From: Eledone cirrhosa
Lineage: Eukaryota
DNA: 64,000 bases
Direction: 5' to 3'
Assembly (NCBI GenBank): GCA_964016885.1
Contig: OZ024742.1
Coordinates: 75,206,001-75,270,000 of the forward strand
Below are positions 28,481-42,265 of the stretch, piece by piece (position 1 is the stretch's first letter; the number at the start of each line of letters is the position of its first letter). Position numbers and translations under genes: made by a program. The notes under the pieces were generated by a model that saw nothing but the letters and a program-made list of their open reading frames with translations, had not been told where the DNA came from and did not search any database.

Positions 28481-29207
28481 CACGGCCGCCCGGGTAGGGA
28501 CCCCTCGAAAAAGATCTGTCCCAGATGCGTGTGCGACGAGGAAACCGTTGCACACGCATTGGTGCACTGCTAGGACATTGCCGATCTGTGGGGCTATGTC
28601 AAACAACTGCTGTCAAGGGTGGGACCGATCCGGTTGATCACCGAGTCTATTGTAACGATCAAGCCGCCTCCCCTCTTCAAAAACGAAGGAGAGGCGGTGT
28701 TTCTGTGCGTAATAGCCATGGCGAAAGAAGTTGTATGCTGGACGCGTCTGAAAGGACTGAGGTCAGACACCTTTCTCTCTGGCCAACAACTGGTCCGCTT
28801 CTTCCGATATCATTTCGGAAGAAGGATCAGGATGGAGAGAGAGGTGCTGCACCCCAGCCGTATTTATGAAAGATGTGTGAAAGTGGCGAGAATGGCCCGT
28901 GTGAATGGGCCTTTGCTCTACATCAGACTATAGGTGAGGAAGATGAAAGATCAAGGGAGCACCCCCTTCTGTGCTCCTGAGGAAAAGGGTTGCACACTTT
29001 TTTTCGGGGGTGTGTGCGACCTCCTAAGGCGCCTCCTCCCTATTGAGGATTTTGTTATTAAATTTATTTTTGTTATATTTTATTTTATTTTTATATTTTG
29101 TTATTGCCTCCTCCTTATTGAGGACGCCTTTTTATGTAAACTCCCCCCATTGTACTTGTCCCACTTTTTGATGCCCTGGTGGCAAAAAAAAAGAAAGTTA
29201 TCTATCT
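28481..29207 (+). mobile_element. Tx1/L1-clade LINE, 3' fragment (copy 1)
   Basis: Close match to 36775-37490 (CPRCVCDEETVAHALVHC zinc finger, ORF2 C-terminus, 3' UTR); begins after a (CTAT)n tract and ends in ttatctatct. Confidence 0.9.
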
Positions 29208-29399
29208 GGGATGGACACACGCGTGAAACTTGCTGGGTAAGTTCTGCCTAAATTTCTATAGAAATTCCTAACTGTAAACCTTCAATTTTATACCAATTTG
29301 TAGAGGGACTGCCAGGTCAAATTTTGATCTGGTCAGTCTCTCAAAATATTCTACGCCTTTAGAAAAGTTTTTTTGGAAAAGCTAACATTTAAAAAAAAA

Positions 29400-31251
29400 A
29401 TGGCTAAAGCTTCTTCACCAACATTCGAAGGAGGAAAGTGGAAAATATGCTTACAGCTTCCCCCTGCCACTGTCATAGTAGCAGATGTCAAAGACAAAGG
29501 TTAGCCAGAGGAAGGAGTTTCTCCACCTGCTGACCGACAACTTGACGTTGCCATGGCACCAAACCAAAAGTGTGAAACAATGAACAAAACAACACAACCA
29601 GCAGCACCAGCAACAACAACAATGCTATGAACGAAACCAACACCAACAACAATAACAATAATAACAACAAGACCAATAACTGCAACAAGGAAGTAAACGA
29701 CAAAATATCGTTTGCGCAAACTGTAAAGAAAACGGTAAGCTACACTCCGGTAGATATTTCAAATGCAAATGAGTTTTTGAATAACTCCAGACAGTACATA
29801 ACTTTTGGGGAGAATGGATCATTCTCCATAAACTCTCCTCCAGATTTGCGAAGAGAAGCTGCCTTGAAAACTGTGGTTTTCAGGACAGTCTCAAACAAAA
29901 CCCGAAAACCGACTCAACTTTCACAAGGCGAAATTGAGTTGGTTTTAGAAGATACCTTAAAAGACATTGCTTTCATTCAGAAGAGTAGACTCTACGGGAG
30001 TTTATCCATTCTGATGAAAGACCAACTGACGGCACAGAAATATTCTGTGTCGCCAATTGTGTCACCGTTGTTCACCTTTTCCCCCACTTACATGGGGAAA
30101 AGAACACAGAAAATAAAAATCCAAAGTATCACACCAAATATTGATATTTGGTGGGTACTATGTGGATCTTTAAACCTAGAAAAAGCCAATAATATCGGTA
30201 GGTAAGTCGCCCGGCGACCTGTTCAGCGGAACTAGCCTGGAAATTCTGGTCCAAATGACAGCAGAACGAATAGCTAGGATCCCGGAACGTGTGCTGCTGG
30301 ATGGGCATATATACATAAACATTTCGGTCGAGGGTAGGCGGCCCTCATGTTACCACTGCCCCAGCACGGGTCACCTGTGAGATTCCTGTCCTCGGCTAAC
30401 TAGCACAAAAAAGGCATTACTACCAACACCTGCAACACCAGCACAACAATCACCACCACCGTCACCACCACCACCACCACCACCACTACCACCACAACAA
30501 CAACAAAAACAACATAAAAAAATAGAGACAACAAAACAAACGACAAACACAGTTCCACCCAATCCCTCCCCACCTAAAACAACTCCAGAAACACCCACAC
30601 ACATAACAGCTCCCCAAAATGCACCCCTCCCCAACAACACGGATGAGGCCTCATCATCGTCACCCAATGACGATGAGGGAGAGCCTTTCCGACCAGTAAA
30701 AAGAAAAAAGAAAAGACATAACACAAACAAAAATGCAACAAACACACAAACACTAACACAAGCGACGTAAACAGCACAAACAAAAAAAACCCTCCTGAAA
30801 ACAAAACACCTACTACAAAACGTAAACACACACAAGAACCACAGACAAAAAGCAACACAACACAACAATAATGTTACACCTACATAAATACTAACAATAA
30901 AACTTTAACAGACACCATATATAAAAACCCTTCGTTCTCCACCGAAGGGAAAACATTTACACACTCTTCGGAGAATCGGAATCTTAAAATGATGAGGATC
31001 TGCATGGACACACATAAATAGTTAAAAGAAAAATTTCCTAACGACGTAGGTAACCCTAGCGTCAAACCCTATAACCGCGTCCTTTTGAAATGTTTCCCCA
31101 CCCCCACCCCAGACACCCCACCCCATCTGATACCCCCTCCCCACCAAACATCTCCGTCCCCACCCCGCCAGAGACAACCACCCCACCAAACAAGCTCCTC
31201 AACTCCCCCATGGAAATTGTGCAGCCTGGTCCCCAGGAGACGAAGAGGTGA
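29400..31251 (+). pseudogene. LINE ORF1 (gag-like, CCHC zinc knuckle), disrupted
   Basis: ATG at 29400; ORF piece 29627-30205; GRRPSCYHCPSTGHL*DSCP knuckle at about 30332-30392; Pro/Thr/Lys-rich tail. Confidence 0.75.
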
Positions 31252-31291
31252 GTGATTTCTTTTCCTCTTCTTTTAACTTTTCAGCACCAAC

Positions 31292-34200
31292 ATGGCCAAT
31301 ATAAGAGTTGGATGTGTGAATGTACACGGGCTGGGGATTCCCTGGAAACAGGGCAAATTCCTAAACGACCTCAGGTCGCCCAGTATGGGTGTAGTAGCCA
31401 TTTGCGAGTCCAGGATCCACAGCGAGCGACAACTGGCCCCCATCTTCGACGACTTTGAGATCTATGCATCTCTCTGTCAGCCGGGAGGTGGGGGTGGGGT
31501 TGCCGTTTTGCTGCGGAAACACCTGGACCTCGTAACACAGACAGTACATCTGGACCCGGAGGGTCGCCTGGTGGTCCTAGACGTTGACGGTAGTGAAGGT
31601 GGAGCCTTCAGGCTGGTGGCCGCATATGCCCCATTCGGAACACCGCGGCCAGACTTCTTGAAATGTCTAGAGACTTTTCTGGGAAAGTCCCGCTCCCTGC
31701 TGTTAGTGTGCGACTGGAATGGAATCCTAGATGCACGTTGGGACTATGTGGGAGCATGTCCCGATAGAGGGGAGTGTAACAGCCTAAAACAGTTAATCGG
31801 CCGATTTGACCTGGCCGATAGATATCGACTAGATTTTCCGACTGTGCCACTGAGGACATGGACTAATCTTAGCGGAACATCTAGATCGTACCTAGATAGG
31901 GTTCTAGTTAGAAAGAATGATAGGGACATGTTAAGCTGTCCACAAATGTTCATGGTTGCCTATTCAGATCACAAATTAATGACCTGCTTAGTCAACCTTG
32001 ACAAAAGCCATAGACAGGGACCCGGCTACTGGAAGCTGAACTTGTCGTTACCGAGATGCAAAGCCTACAGTAGACGGATTAGCACTTTAGTTAAGCAGCA
32101 CTTGACGGGGGCCATTGTCAACAACAGATGGTGGTACTCTCTCAAGAGGGCAGTTGGATTAGACTCGATAGGTTTTAGTAAAGAATTAGTGTTAGATAGA
32201 AATAAGACCGAAAAGGAACTGGTAGATAAGGTAGAAGAGGCACTTAGGAGTGGCAACGTAGCCAGCGTGCTAGCGACGAGAACGGCCTTGGACCAGTTCT
32301 TCGACGCAAAGCACGAAGGCTGCATTGTCAGAAGCAAAATACGTGCTCTGGGAAACGAGGGAGCCAAAGCTGTTAGCTGGGCCCGAGTTACGGAGGCCAA
32401 AAGTGGCAACAAGTCCACGATTCGGTCTTTGAAGGACCAAGACGGACGCGTGATACGTGAGCCGAAGCAGATACGCGCGGCCTTTCAGCGGCACTTTGCT
32501 CAACTGTTCGGGCAGGGTGGCGCTTCGGGAGGGGCCATGGATTTCGGTCCATACCTCTACGGCCTACCGCGACTCTCGGTCAGCGAGGCGAAGTTCTGCG
32601 AAAGGCCGATTTCGGTCGCTGAGATAGGGGATGCGCTGAGCCAATGCGGCACACGCAAATCTCCAGGTCTCGACTGTCTACCCTACGAATTTTACTTAGC
32701 AATGCCGGACTTGCTCTCCGGTCTCCTGGAAGCGGTCTACTGCAACTGGTAGCAGAACGGGAGAATTCCCAGTTCTGTGACCAAGGGCGTAATCACGTTA
32801 GTCAGGAAGGACGAGAATAAGGGGGATGACATAAGAAACTTCCGGTCCATAACTCTGCTCAACACAGAGTTACAGATTTTGGCCAAGTTGTTGGCAAAGA
32901 GGCTGGCGCTTGTCGAAAACCTGGTGGGAGAAGCGCAGATATGCGCAATCCCGACCAGTCCATACACGACTACCTCCATCTCATGCGATACATCATAGCG
33001 AGGGTAGGGTGTAAACCCGGCTTCGGTGGGGTCCTGATCAACTTGGATCAGTCTAAGGCTTTCGATAGGGTTGACCATCGTTATCTGGATGCGGTGCTCG
33101 AGGCAGTATGCTTCGGACCCGTGTTCAGGGGCTGGATTGCTGCAATGCACAGCAGCAACATCTGCTCAAGGGTCAAGGTGAACGGATACCTCTCGGAGCC
33201 GTTCCATATCACGCGATCCATCCGACAGGGATGCCCTCTCTCCTCCCTTCTGTACGTACTGACTCTCGAGCGACTACTGCGGAAGTTGGAGCTATTGCAG
33301 GCATCCCTTTGGAACCGGGACTGCGAAAAGCGGCGTCGGCCTACGCCGACGACGTGACAGTGATGGTGTCGAGTACCTCTTAAATCGGGGAGGTCGGCAC
33401 CTTACTGGAGGAATACGAAAGGTTCACAGGAGCGAAGCTGATCTGGAACAAATCCGTCGGTTTGCAACTCGGAACGTGTAGAGGCAAACCGATGCCTTCC
33501 GATGGCGTCGTCGGACGCTGGACGGAAGGACCAGTAAAGCTGCTCGGGATCTGGTTTGGTCTGGACCTCCAGGTGGAGAAGAACTGGAACGAGGTGACGG
33601 CCAAGGTGCTTGCGCTCACCCAGAAGTGGGCCGAGTGAAAACTATCCTTGAAAGGTCGAGTGGAGGTGGCGAACACTTTTATAGCGTCCGTCATCTACTA
33701 CCGCTTGACCGTCGTGTCTTGTCCAGCCAAAACGCTCACCAAACTGGAGCGCGCGCACTTCAAATTCCTTTGGAAGAAACGGGCTCCTTTGGGGAGAAGA
33801 TCTATCTGCTGCCAACGCCCTTCAAACGGAGGGCTGGGGATGCTGTGGCTGACGATGCGCAAACACGTGCTCAGGCTATGGCACCTCCGCGTATTCCTCA
33901 CCGGACAACCGGTGTGGGCCCCGTTCGTGAGGCGAGCCTTCCCACGACTCATTTCGCTGATTGAGCTGCAGTCCTGGGTCAAGCAACGACCGAGGAAAAT
34001 GAGCGACTGGCACAGCGAATGTGCTCACGCGCTCACAGTCCTCTGGCAAACGGACCCGGCGATCAGTGGAGACTCCACTTCGACATTCTATAGAGGGTTG
34101 GTCCGCAGCATGTGCGACGACGCGCTCGGAGAAACTCCAGGCGTAGAGGAGGACGAACTGGCCAGTCTGTTCGGTAGGACCTTCCGCCCGGGACCAATGG

Positions 34201-34723
34201 ACAACTTCCAAAAGTCCCTGGTCTGGCACTGCTACCGGGGATCTTTAGCAGTTCGAGACAAGCTCTACAGACACGGGCGCCCGGGTGGGGACCTTTCGAA
34301 AAAGATCTCTCCGAGATGTGTGCACGATGAGGAAACTGTTGCGCACTTATTTGTACACTGCCCGGGCGTTACCGAACTGTGGGGATATGTAGAACGACTA
34401 TTGTCGCGCGTGGGACCAATCCAGTTGACCACCGAGTCTATTGTCCTGATCAAACCGCCACCCTACTTCAAAAACGAGGGAGAGGCGGTTTTCCTGTGTT
34501 ATGGCTATGGTGAAAGAGGTTATATGGTGGACGAGGTTAAAAGGGCTGAGGTCAAACACCTTTCTCTCCGGCGAACTACTGATTCGTTTTTTCGAATATC
34601 ATTTTGGAAGAAGAATCAGGATGGAGAAGCGAGTTGCTGTACCCCAGCAACTTTTATAAAAGGTGGGTGAATGTGGCAAAGATGGCCCGAGTGGTTGGGC
34701 CTTCTCTCTATATAAGCCTGTAG
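31292..34723 (+). pseudogene. LINE ORF2 (AP endonuclease plus reverse transcriptase plus C-terminal zinc finger), disrupted
   Basis: CVNVHGL, DWNGILD, SYLDRVL, YSDHK (APE); KSPGLD, DQSKAFDRVDH, RQGCPLS, AYADD (RT); several stops and frameshifts. Confidence 0.93.
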
Positions 34724-35007
34724 GTTGAGGAAAAAGAGGAAGAGAGGAAGGGAGTACTCACTCTTGTTGATCCTGGAGATGAGGGTTGTACATTTTTTCG
34801 GGGTGTATACAACCCCTGTGTAACGCCTCTCCCCTATTGGGGATTTCAATTGTTATTTGTTATTTTATTAATAATTTTATTTTCATATACCTGTATGTAA
34901 ACTCTCCATTTGTATTTCTCCCCTTATCTTGTGCCCTTGTGGCTAATAAAGAAATTTATCTATCTATCTATGTATCTATGTATCTATCTATCTATCTATC
35001 TATATAT

Positions 35008-37495
35008 GGATTGTTCGGAAGGGGCGGGGAGCCGGTTGGGGATGTGGACTTCGGTCCATACCTCGACGGCCTGCCGCGTCTCTCGGACAGGGAGGCGAAG
35101 TCCTGCGAGGAGCCGATTTCAGCCACTGAGATAGAGGACGTGCTGAGCCAATGCGGCAAACGCAAATCCCCGGGTCTCGATGGTCTTCCATACGAACTAT
35201 ATCTAGCTATGCCGGACTTGTTCCCCGACCTCCTCGAGGCGGTCTACAGCAACTGGCAACAGAACGGGAGAATTCCCTGTGCTGTGACCAAGGGCGTAGT
35301 CACGCTAGTGAGGAAGGACGAGAACAAGGGGGGCGATATAAATAATTTCAGGCCCATAACTCTGCTAAATACAGAGTTACAGATTTTGGCCAAGGTGCTA
35401 GCAAAGAGGTTGGCGCTTGTCGTGGGTAACCTGGGATGCGCAGACATGTGCTATCCCGTCCAGGTCCATCCACGACAACCTCCACCTCATGCGATACATC
35501 ATAGAGAGGGTTGGGAACGAACCCGGCTTTGGTGGGGCCCTGATCAACTTGGATCAATCTAAGGTATTCGATAGGGTCGACCATGGTTACCTGGATGCGG
35601 AGCTAGCGGCGGCAGGTTTCGGACCCGTTTTCAGGGGCTGGATCAATGCCATGCACAGCAGCCGCATCTGCTCTAGGGTCAAGGTGAACGGCTACCTCTC
35701 GGAGCCGTTAAAAATCGCGCGGTTCATCCGACAGGGGTGCCCTCTCTCCTCCCTTCTGTATGTAATGACTCTAGAGCCACTGCTGCGGAAGTTGGAGTTG
35801 TTGCAGGGCATCCCGTTGGAACCGGGATTGCGGAAAGCGGTGTCAGCCTACGCCGATGACGTAAAAGTAATGGTGTCGACGGCCTCGGAAATCGGGGCGA
35901 TCGGCACCTTACTGGAGGAGTACGAAAGGTTTACAGGGGCTAAGCTGAACCGGGACAAGTCGATCGGTCTGCAACTCGGCACGTGGAGGGGCAGATCGAT
36001 GCCCTCCGATGGCGTCGTCGGGCGCTGGACGGAGGGCCCGGTGAAGTTGCTCGGGGTCTGGTTCGGACCAGACCTCCAGGCGGAGAAGAACTGGGGTGTA
36101 TACGAACAGAGTGTTCGCACTGACCCAGAAGTGGGCCGAGTGCAAACTGTCCCTAAAAGGTCGGGCGGAGGTGGCGAACACTTATATAGCGTCCGTCATC
36201 TACTACCGCCTGACCGTTGTGCCTTGCCCAAGGGAAACGCTCGCCAAAATGGAGCGCGCACTCTTCCAATTCCTTTGGAAGAAGCGGGCTCCTATGGTGA
36301 GGAGATCCATCTGCTGTCAACACCCTTCGAAAGGAGGGCTGGGGATGCCGTGGCTAATGATACGTAAACACGCATTAAGGCTACCGCACCTTCAGGTATT
36401 CCTCTCCGGTCAACCGGTGTGGGCCCCGTTTGTGAGGCGAGCCTTTCCCAGACTCGTCTCACTCACCGTGCTGCAATCATGGGTCAAGCAAAGACCAAGA
36501 AAACTGGGCGCCTGGCACATCGAGTGTGCCCAGGCGCTCATGGCTCTCTGGCAGACGGACCCGGCTGTCAGTGGAGAATCCACCTCGTCATTCTATAGAG
36601 GGCTGGTGCTTAGCAGGTGCGACGACGCCCTCGGAGAAGCCCTAGGCATGGAGGAAGACGAACTGGCCAACCTGTTCGGTAGGACATTCAGCCCGGGACC
36701 CATGGATAACTTCCAGAGGTCCCTGGCTTGGCAATGCTACAGAAGGGCTCTGCCCGCTCGAGAAAGGCTCTACAGACAAGGGCGCCCGGGTAGGGACCCC
36801 TCGAAAAAGATCTCTCCCAGATGCGTGTGCGACGAGGAAACCGTTGCACACGCATTGGTACACTGCTCGGGCATTGCCGATCTGTGGGGCTATGTCGAAC
36901 AACTGCTGTCAAGGGTTGGACCGATCCGGTTGACCACCGAGTCTATTGTAACGATCAAGCAGCCTCCCCTCTTCAAAAACGAAGAAGAGGCGGTGTTTCT
37001 GTGCGTAATAACCATGGTGAAAAAGGTTGTATGGTGGACGCGTCTGAAAGGACTGAGGTCAGACACCTTTCTCTCTGGCCAACAACTGGTCCGTTTCTTC
37101 AGATATCATTTCGGAAGAAGGATCAGGATGGAGAGAGAGGTGCTGCACCCCAGCCGTTTTTATGAAAGTTGGGTGAAAGTGGCGAGAATGGCCCGTGTGG
37201 ATGGGCCTTCACTCTACATCAGACTATAGGTGAAGAAGATGAAAGACCAAGGGAGCACCCCTTCTCTGTGCTCCCGAGGAAAAGGGTTGCACACTTTTTT
37301 TCGGAGGTGTGTGCGACCCCCCAAGGCGCCTCCTCTCTATTGAGGATTTTGTTATAAATTTTATTCTGTTATATTTTATTTTATTTTTATATTTTGTTAT
37401 TGCCTCCTCCTCATTGAGGACGCCTTGTTTTGTAAACTCCCCCCATTGTACTTGTCCAACTTTTGATGCCCTGGTGGCAAATAAAAGAAACATAT
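35008..37495 (+). mobile_element. Tx1/L1-clade LINE, 5'-truncated (copy 3)
   Basis: RT pieces 35008-35562, 35417-36367 (AYADD) and 36096-37229; starts right after the (TATC)n tail of copy 2. Confidence 0.92.
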
Positions 37496-37776
37496 CTATA
37501 TATATATATATATATATATATAATTATAAAATGGGGAGAAGGAGCACACGAGTTGGAATATATATATATATGAAAATAGGGAGAAACAGACGATTATTAG
37601 GAACAAAAAAAACAAAAAATGTTTTTCCTTTTCTTTTTTTTTTTTTTCTGGGTTAGAAAATGTTTAAAACAAAATATTTTACTTTGTGTGAAATGTTAAG
37701 GTATTAGTTAATTTATTTATTAATTAACAATGGCATTTATTTATTTATTTATTTATTTATTAATTTATCTAATAAT

Positions 37777-37867
<91 letters not shown>

Positions 37868-38752
37868 ATAATAATAAAATTGAAGACTAAAATCCAAAGA
37901 GGACTCGATAAGGATAAATATATATATCAAATATATAAGAACAGTAGAGCAAATATTTATTAAAATAACAGATTAAAGTTTAAGCAAAGAATCGCTGCTT
38001 TCACCCTTAACGGGATCTTCTGAAACTAACAAAGTCAATCTGTAAACGCAGAACTGGATATTTCAAAAAACGTTGCAACCGGAGGAAGACAGGAAGACGA
38101 TACTTTGGTTCGTGGAAACGTTCGCTATGCAAATAAGTAAAGGAATAAACAAAACATATACTTAGCTCCCACTATCGTACTATCCGTTAGGGTATAACGT
38201 GGGGCTGTAATACAGGAAAGTTTTGTGCAATTTATGTTTACAAGCCGAAATTGTTTAAGATGTGGTCTGTGGCGTAGAGTATTTCCAGGGCCTCAGCGGC
38301 GCAGAGGTAACTGCATATATATATATGCAGTTTCAAGGTGAAAAAAAAGAACGAGGAAGAAGATCGGTCTCCTTGCACCACCGATCTTCTTCCTCGTTCT
38401 TATTTTACCCCTTTCGCCTACTCCGAGGCAGCCAATCGGGCCTCTGTAGCCTCAGTACCCCCACTCCAGTAACTTAAAGATAGCATTGGCCGAATACACT
38501 ATACTAACTAATCATAGCAGCTGTGTTAGACCCCAGAGATTTTGTATTACTTTTTACTACCCAATTCTACAATTTCAATAATTCTTATTTAGTATCTTCT
38601 ATCTCAACTCATTCTATAGCATTGGCCAACTAAATATAGCAGCTGTTTTAGACTCTAGTTTTTGTTTTTTTATCACTTCTCACTATCCAATTTTATATTT
38701 TTATATATCTTTCTCTTATATTTTTAATTATTTTTTATTGTCTCCTAATCTC

Positions 38753-41700
38753 CAAGTTCCAATTCGCATCTTTTTTTTTGGTGCTCAGAATCCGGCTCAT
38801 AGGAACCCCAACGTCCTTTCGGCTTGCTTGAGGTCCTCAAGACTGGAGTGTTTCCCACGCTTTCATCTTTACGCCGATCATTTTCTTTATTTTGGGCTTT
38901 TCTTGCTGTTTCTTTAGCGGTTAGAATTTTACACCAGTGCCAGGTTGCTAACCCAACGCCTGTCGCCTGTATTTGCCGATTCTTTGCCCACTGAGATTAG
39001 TGGTTGGCACCCATTCTCCACGATGAGGCCTCCAGCGAGACCAAGCGACTCATCAGTGCGTACACTATACCAGGCAGGAAAGCTGGTTCAGCTACTTCGC
39101 GAGTTCGAGCACTACCAGCTGGACATTCTGGGCGTGAGTGAAATGCACTGGACCGGCAGCGGAAAGATGAGTGGCAGCAGAGACACAACTCTGCTCTACT
39201 CTGTACACCAAGGCAAGCACGTTCATGGCGTTGGACTTGTGCTTAGCGTCCGAGCAACTCGAGGATTGATCGGATGGGAGCCAGTCAGCGAGCGTATCAT
39301 AACCTCCCGTTCTCAAAGTGGGCATGCGAAAATCATTGTTGTTCAGGGCTACGCACCGATTGATGACGCAACCGACATTGACAAGGCCGCCTTCTACGAA
39401 CAGCTGCAGGACACATTTAATAACTTGCCCAGCTATGACATCAAACTACTGATCGGTGATTTCAACGCTCAGATTGGCTTCAACAGACAGGGACTGGAAC
39501 AGGTCACTGGGCCATTCGGTTCTGCTGCAGTCACCATGGACAACGGCGAGAGACTGCAGCTGTTTCGTGCCATCAACAGCTTGTGCATTAGCAACACCTA
39601 TTTCAAACACAAGGCGATTCAGAAGGCTAATTGTCAGTCTCCGGACCAGAAAAACCGAAACGAAATCGACTACATCTGCATCAAGCAGCGCTGGCGGTCC
39701 TCGGTACGTGACGTCAGAGTGTACCGAGTGGCGGACGTGGGCTCAGATCACCACCTACTGTGTGCGGAACTTCAGCTGCGCCTGAAGAAACGGACACGAC
39801 AGGAAAGACCAAAGCCATATGCAGTGTACAAGCTGAAGTATCCCGGCCATGCGCGACTGTACCAACTGGCGCTATACAACTGATTCCAGCAGTTGAGTGA
39901 GGCTGCAGATCTGGAAAATCGATGGACGATGTTCACGACAGCGGTGACGGAAGCAGCAAAAGAAACTATTGGCCGAAGACGAGGAACAAAGAAGGAAAAA
40001 TGGATCGAAGAACCAACGTGGGACCTGATTGACAGACGAAAAGAGACAAAAGTCGAGCGAGATTCTGCGAGATCGGAGGAAGACCAAAAGAAAAGAGATG
40101 CCGTATACCGCCAAATCGACCGACTGGTAAAGCGAAGCTGCCGGCGGGACAAACGTGACTAGCTGGAGAAAAAGGGTACTGAGGCAGAGGTAGCTGCTGG
40201 TCGAAACGACACAAAAGCACTGTTCCGCATCGTGAGGGAGTTGACAGTAATGTCGAGCGGTGCTAGCATGCCAGTAAAGGACAAAAATGGCAAGACGTTG
40301 ACCACTGGAGTGGAACAGGAGCAGAGATGGATGGAGCACTTCCGGGAGACGCTGAACCAACCAAATCCGGTCGCCCTGATAGACGTGACCGCAGAGACTC
40401 CAGCAACCACTGAGGTACTCAAAGTCTGCGAGGACTATATCACCAAGCAAGAGGCGAGAGATGCGATTAGCCACTTGAGGAACGGCAAAGCAGGCGAACT
40501 GGATGAGATCTCTGCTGACCTGCTCAAATTCGGTGAGGAGAGCACGATAACGGCGTTGACAGACTTGATGACCACTGCCGGAGGGTTGCTCAGGTTCCCC
40601 TTGAGTGGCAGCGCGGTGTCATTGTCAAACTGCCGAAGAAGGGAAACCTGGCGGACTGCAACAACTGGCGTGGTATCACATTGATGTCAGTCCCAGGAAA
40701 GGCGTTCTGCACTGTGCTGCTGCGTCGACTCCGACAGGCTGTCGACTCTGTGCTCCGGGAGGAACAAACCGGCTTCCGAAAAAATCGATCTTGCACAGAA
40801 CAGATCTTGCACAGAACAGATCTTTACACTACGCAACAATCTCGAACAATGCGTTGATCTACAACAGTCTTTGGCGGTCAATTTTATTGATTTCCAGAAG
40901 GCATTCGACAGTGTACACCGGGAGTCGCTGTGGAATGTTTGTACAACTGTACGGCATTCTTGCAAGATTCATCGCCATTTTCAAGGCCCTGTATGAAAAC
41001 ACCAGTTGCTGCTTGCGGACTGAGTCCGGTGTGACGGAGTTCTTTGACATTGTCTCCGGAGTCAGACAGGGCTGCATTCTCTCTCCACTGTTGTTACTGC
41101 TGGCAGCCGATTTCGTACTAAGGCGAATGGATGAAGGACCCTGTCGAGGAATACTATGGAGAGGGCAGTCAAGGCTGAGGGACCTGGCATTCGCCGACGA
41201 CATCGCTTTGATCGCTGAAAACAGTGCAGATCTGCAGGCCCTAACAACATCTCTACAAGAGAGTGCGGAAAAGATCGGCCTGAGAATCAACACCAAAAAG
41301 ACCAAGGTCATGAGAACGGCCAGCAACACAGGTCCAGCGATTAGAGTCAACCAACATGACCTCGAGGAAGTTGATCACTTCACCTATCTGGGCAGCATCC
41401 TGACAAGCAGCGGCGACGCGGAGCTCGACTTCAACTGTCGGTTCGGCAAAGGAGTCGCAGTTTTCCAGCGGCTGTGCCCAGTCTGGTCGTCTTCATGCAT
41501 TAGCACCAAGACCAAGCTCCGCCTGTATAAGAGCATCGTGCTGCTGACAGTGCTTTATGCGAGCGAGACCTGGAAGAGTACAGCAAAAATAGAGAGACGG
41601 CTGAACGCTTTCCACCAGCGGTGCCTGCGAAAGATCCTTCGTATGTCCTGGCGCGACCGAGTGCAAAACGAGGAGATCCTGCGAAGAGCCGAGTCGTGGA

Positions 41701-41980
41701 CGCTACAGAGAGTGGTCACGGAGCGTCGGTGCCGTCTGGCTGGCCATATTCTGCGTCTGCCAAATGAACGGCATTCGAAAACAGAAATGAACTGGACTCC
41801 GCCTGGCGGTAAACGGAGGCGGGGTTGCCCAAGGATCACCTGACGACGAACGTTCCGCAAGGACCTGATGGCAGCCAACATCACCTGGGACGGTCTCGAA
41901 AAAGTTGCTACTGATCGTGACCGTTGGCGAGTACTTACTGCTCGATGCGCCGAACGGCGCGGAAGAAGCTAAGACTAAGA
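38753..41980 (+). mobile_element. RTE-clade LINE with 11-bp TSD, 5' inversion and (TAAGAC)n tail
   Basis: TSD ctcctaatctc at 38742-38752 and 41981-41991; single APE-RT ORF (VRTLYQAGK, LGVSEMHWTGSG, GDFNAQIG, GSDHHLL, GVRQGCILSP, FADDIAL); 38753-39053 is inverted. Confidence 0.93.
39055..41972 (+). pseudogene. RTE endonuclease/reverse transcriptase ORF, disrupted
   Basis: Stops at about 39881 and 40160, frameshifts, and a 16-bp tandem duplication at 40787-40818. Confidence 0.9.
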
Positions 41981-42265
41981 CTCCTAATCTCAATTGATTT
42001 ACACATTCTATAACGTCCCTTCTCTATTTTCTCCAGAAACCTTTTTTCGCCCACCTCCTCTGGCCTACTTTCATACACAATCCTTAGAATTTGCCGTGTA
42101 GATTTCACTTTCAACGCTTGACCGGCTCCACCCACCCCCTCATTGTTCTACAGGGAATTTCAGCCAGCCCCACCTCCCACCCACTACCATGATAGACTTA
42201 TTTGTGTTTACAACAAATTTTGACCAATCCTCTTCACAACTACAAAGTTCCCATATAAGGAAGTA

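Larger units (their letters stand above)
29208..35000 (+). mobile_element. Tx1/L1-clade LINE, apparently full length but inactivated (copy 2)
   Basis: 5' UTR, ORF1, ORF2 (APE-RT-zinc finger), AATAAA at 34945 and a (TATC)n tail. Confidence 0.92.

Noticed and set aside
38085-38250. ggaaga-cga...tcg-tg-GAAAcgtt motif and a CNLC-encoding stretch
   Set aside because: Too degenerate to call a ribozyme or endonuclease remnant with confidence.
31252-41993. Overlapping antisense and alternate-frame ORFs within the LINEs
   Set aside because: Shadow ORFs of GC-rich retroelement coding sequence, with no independent motifs.
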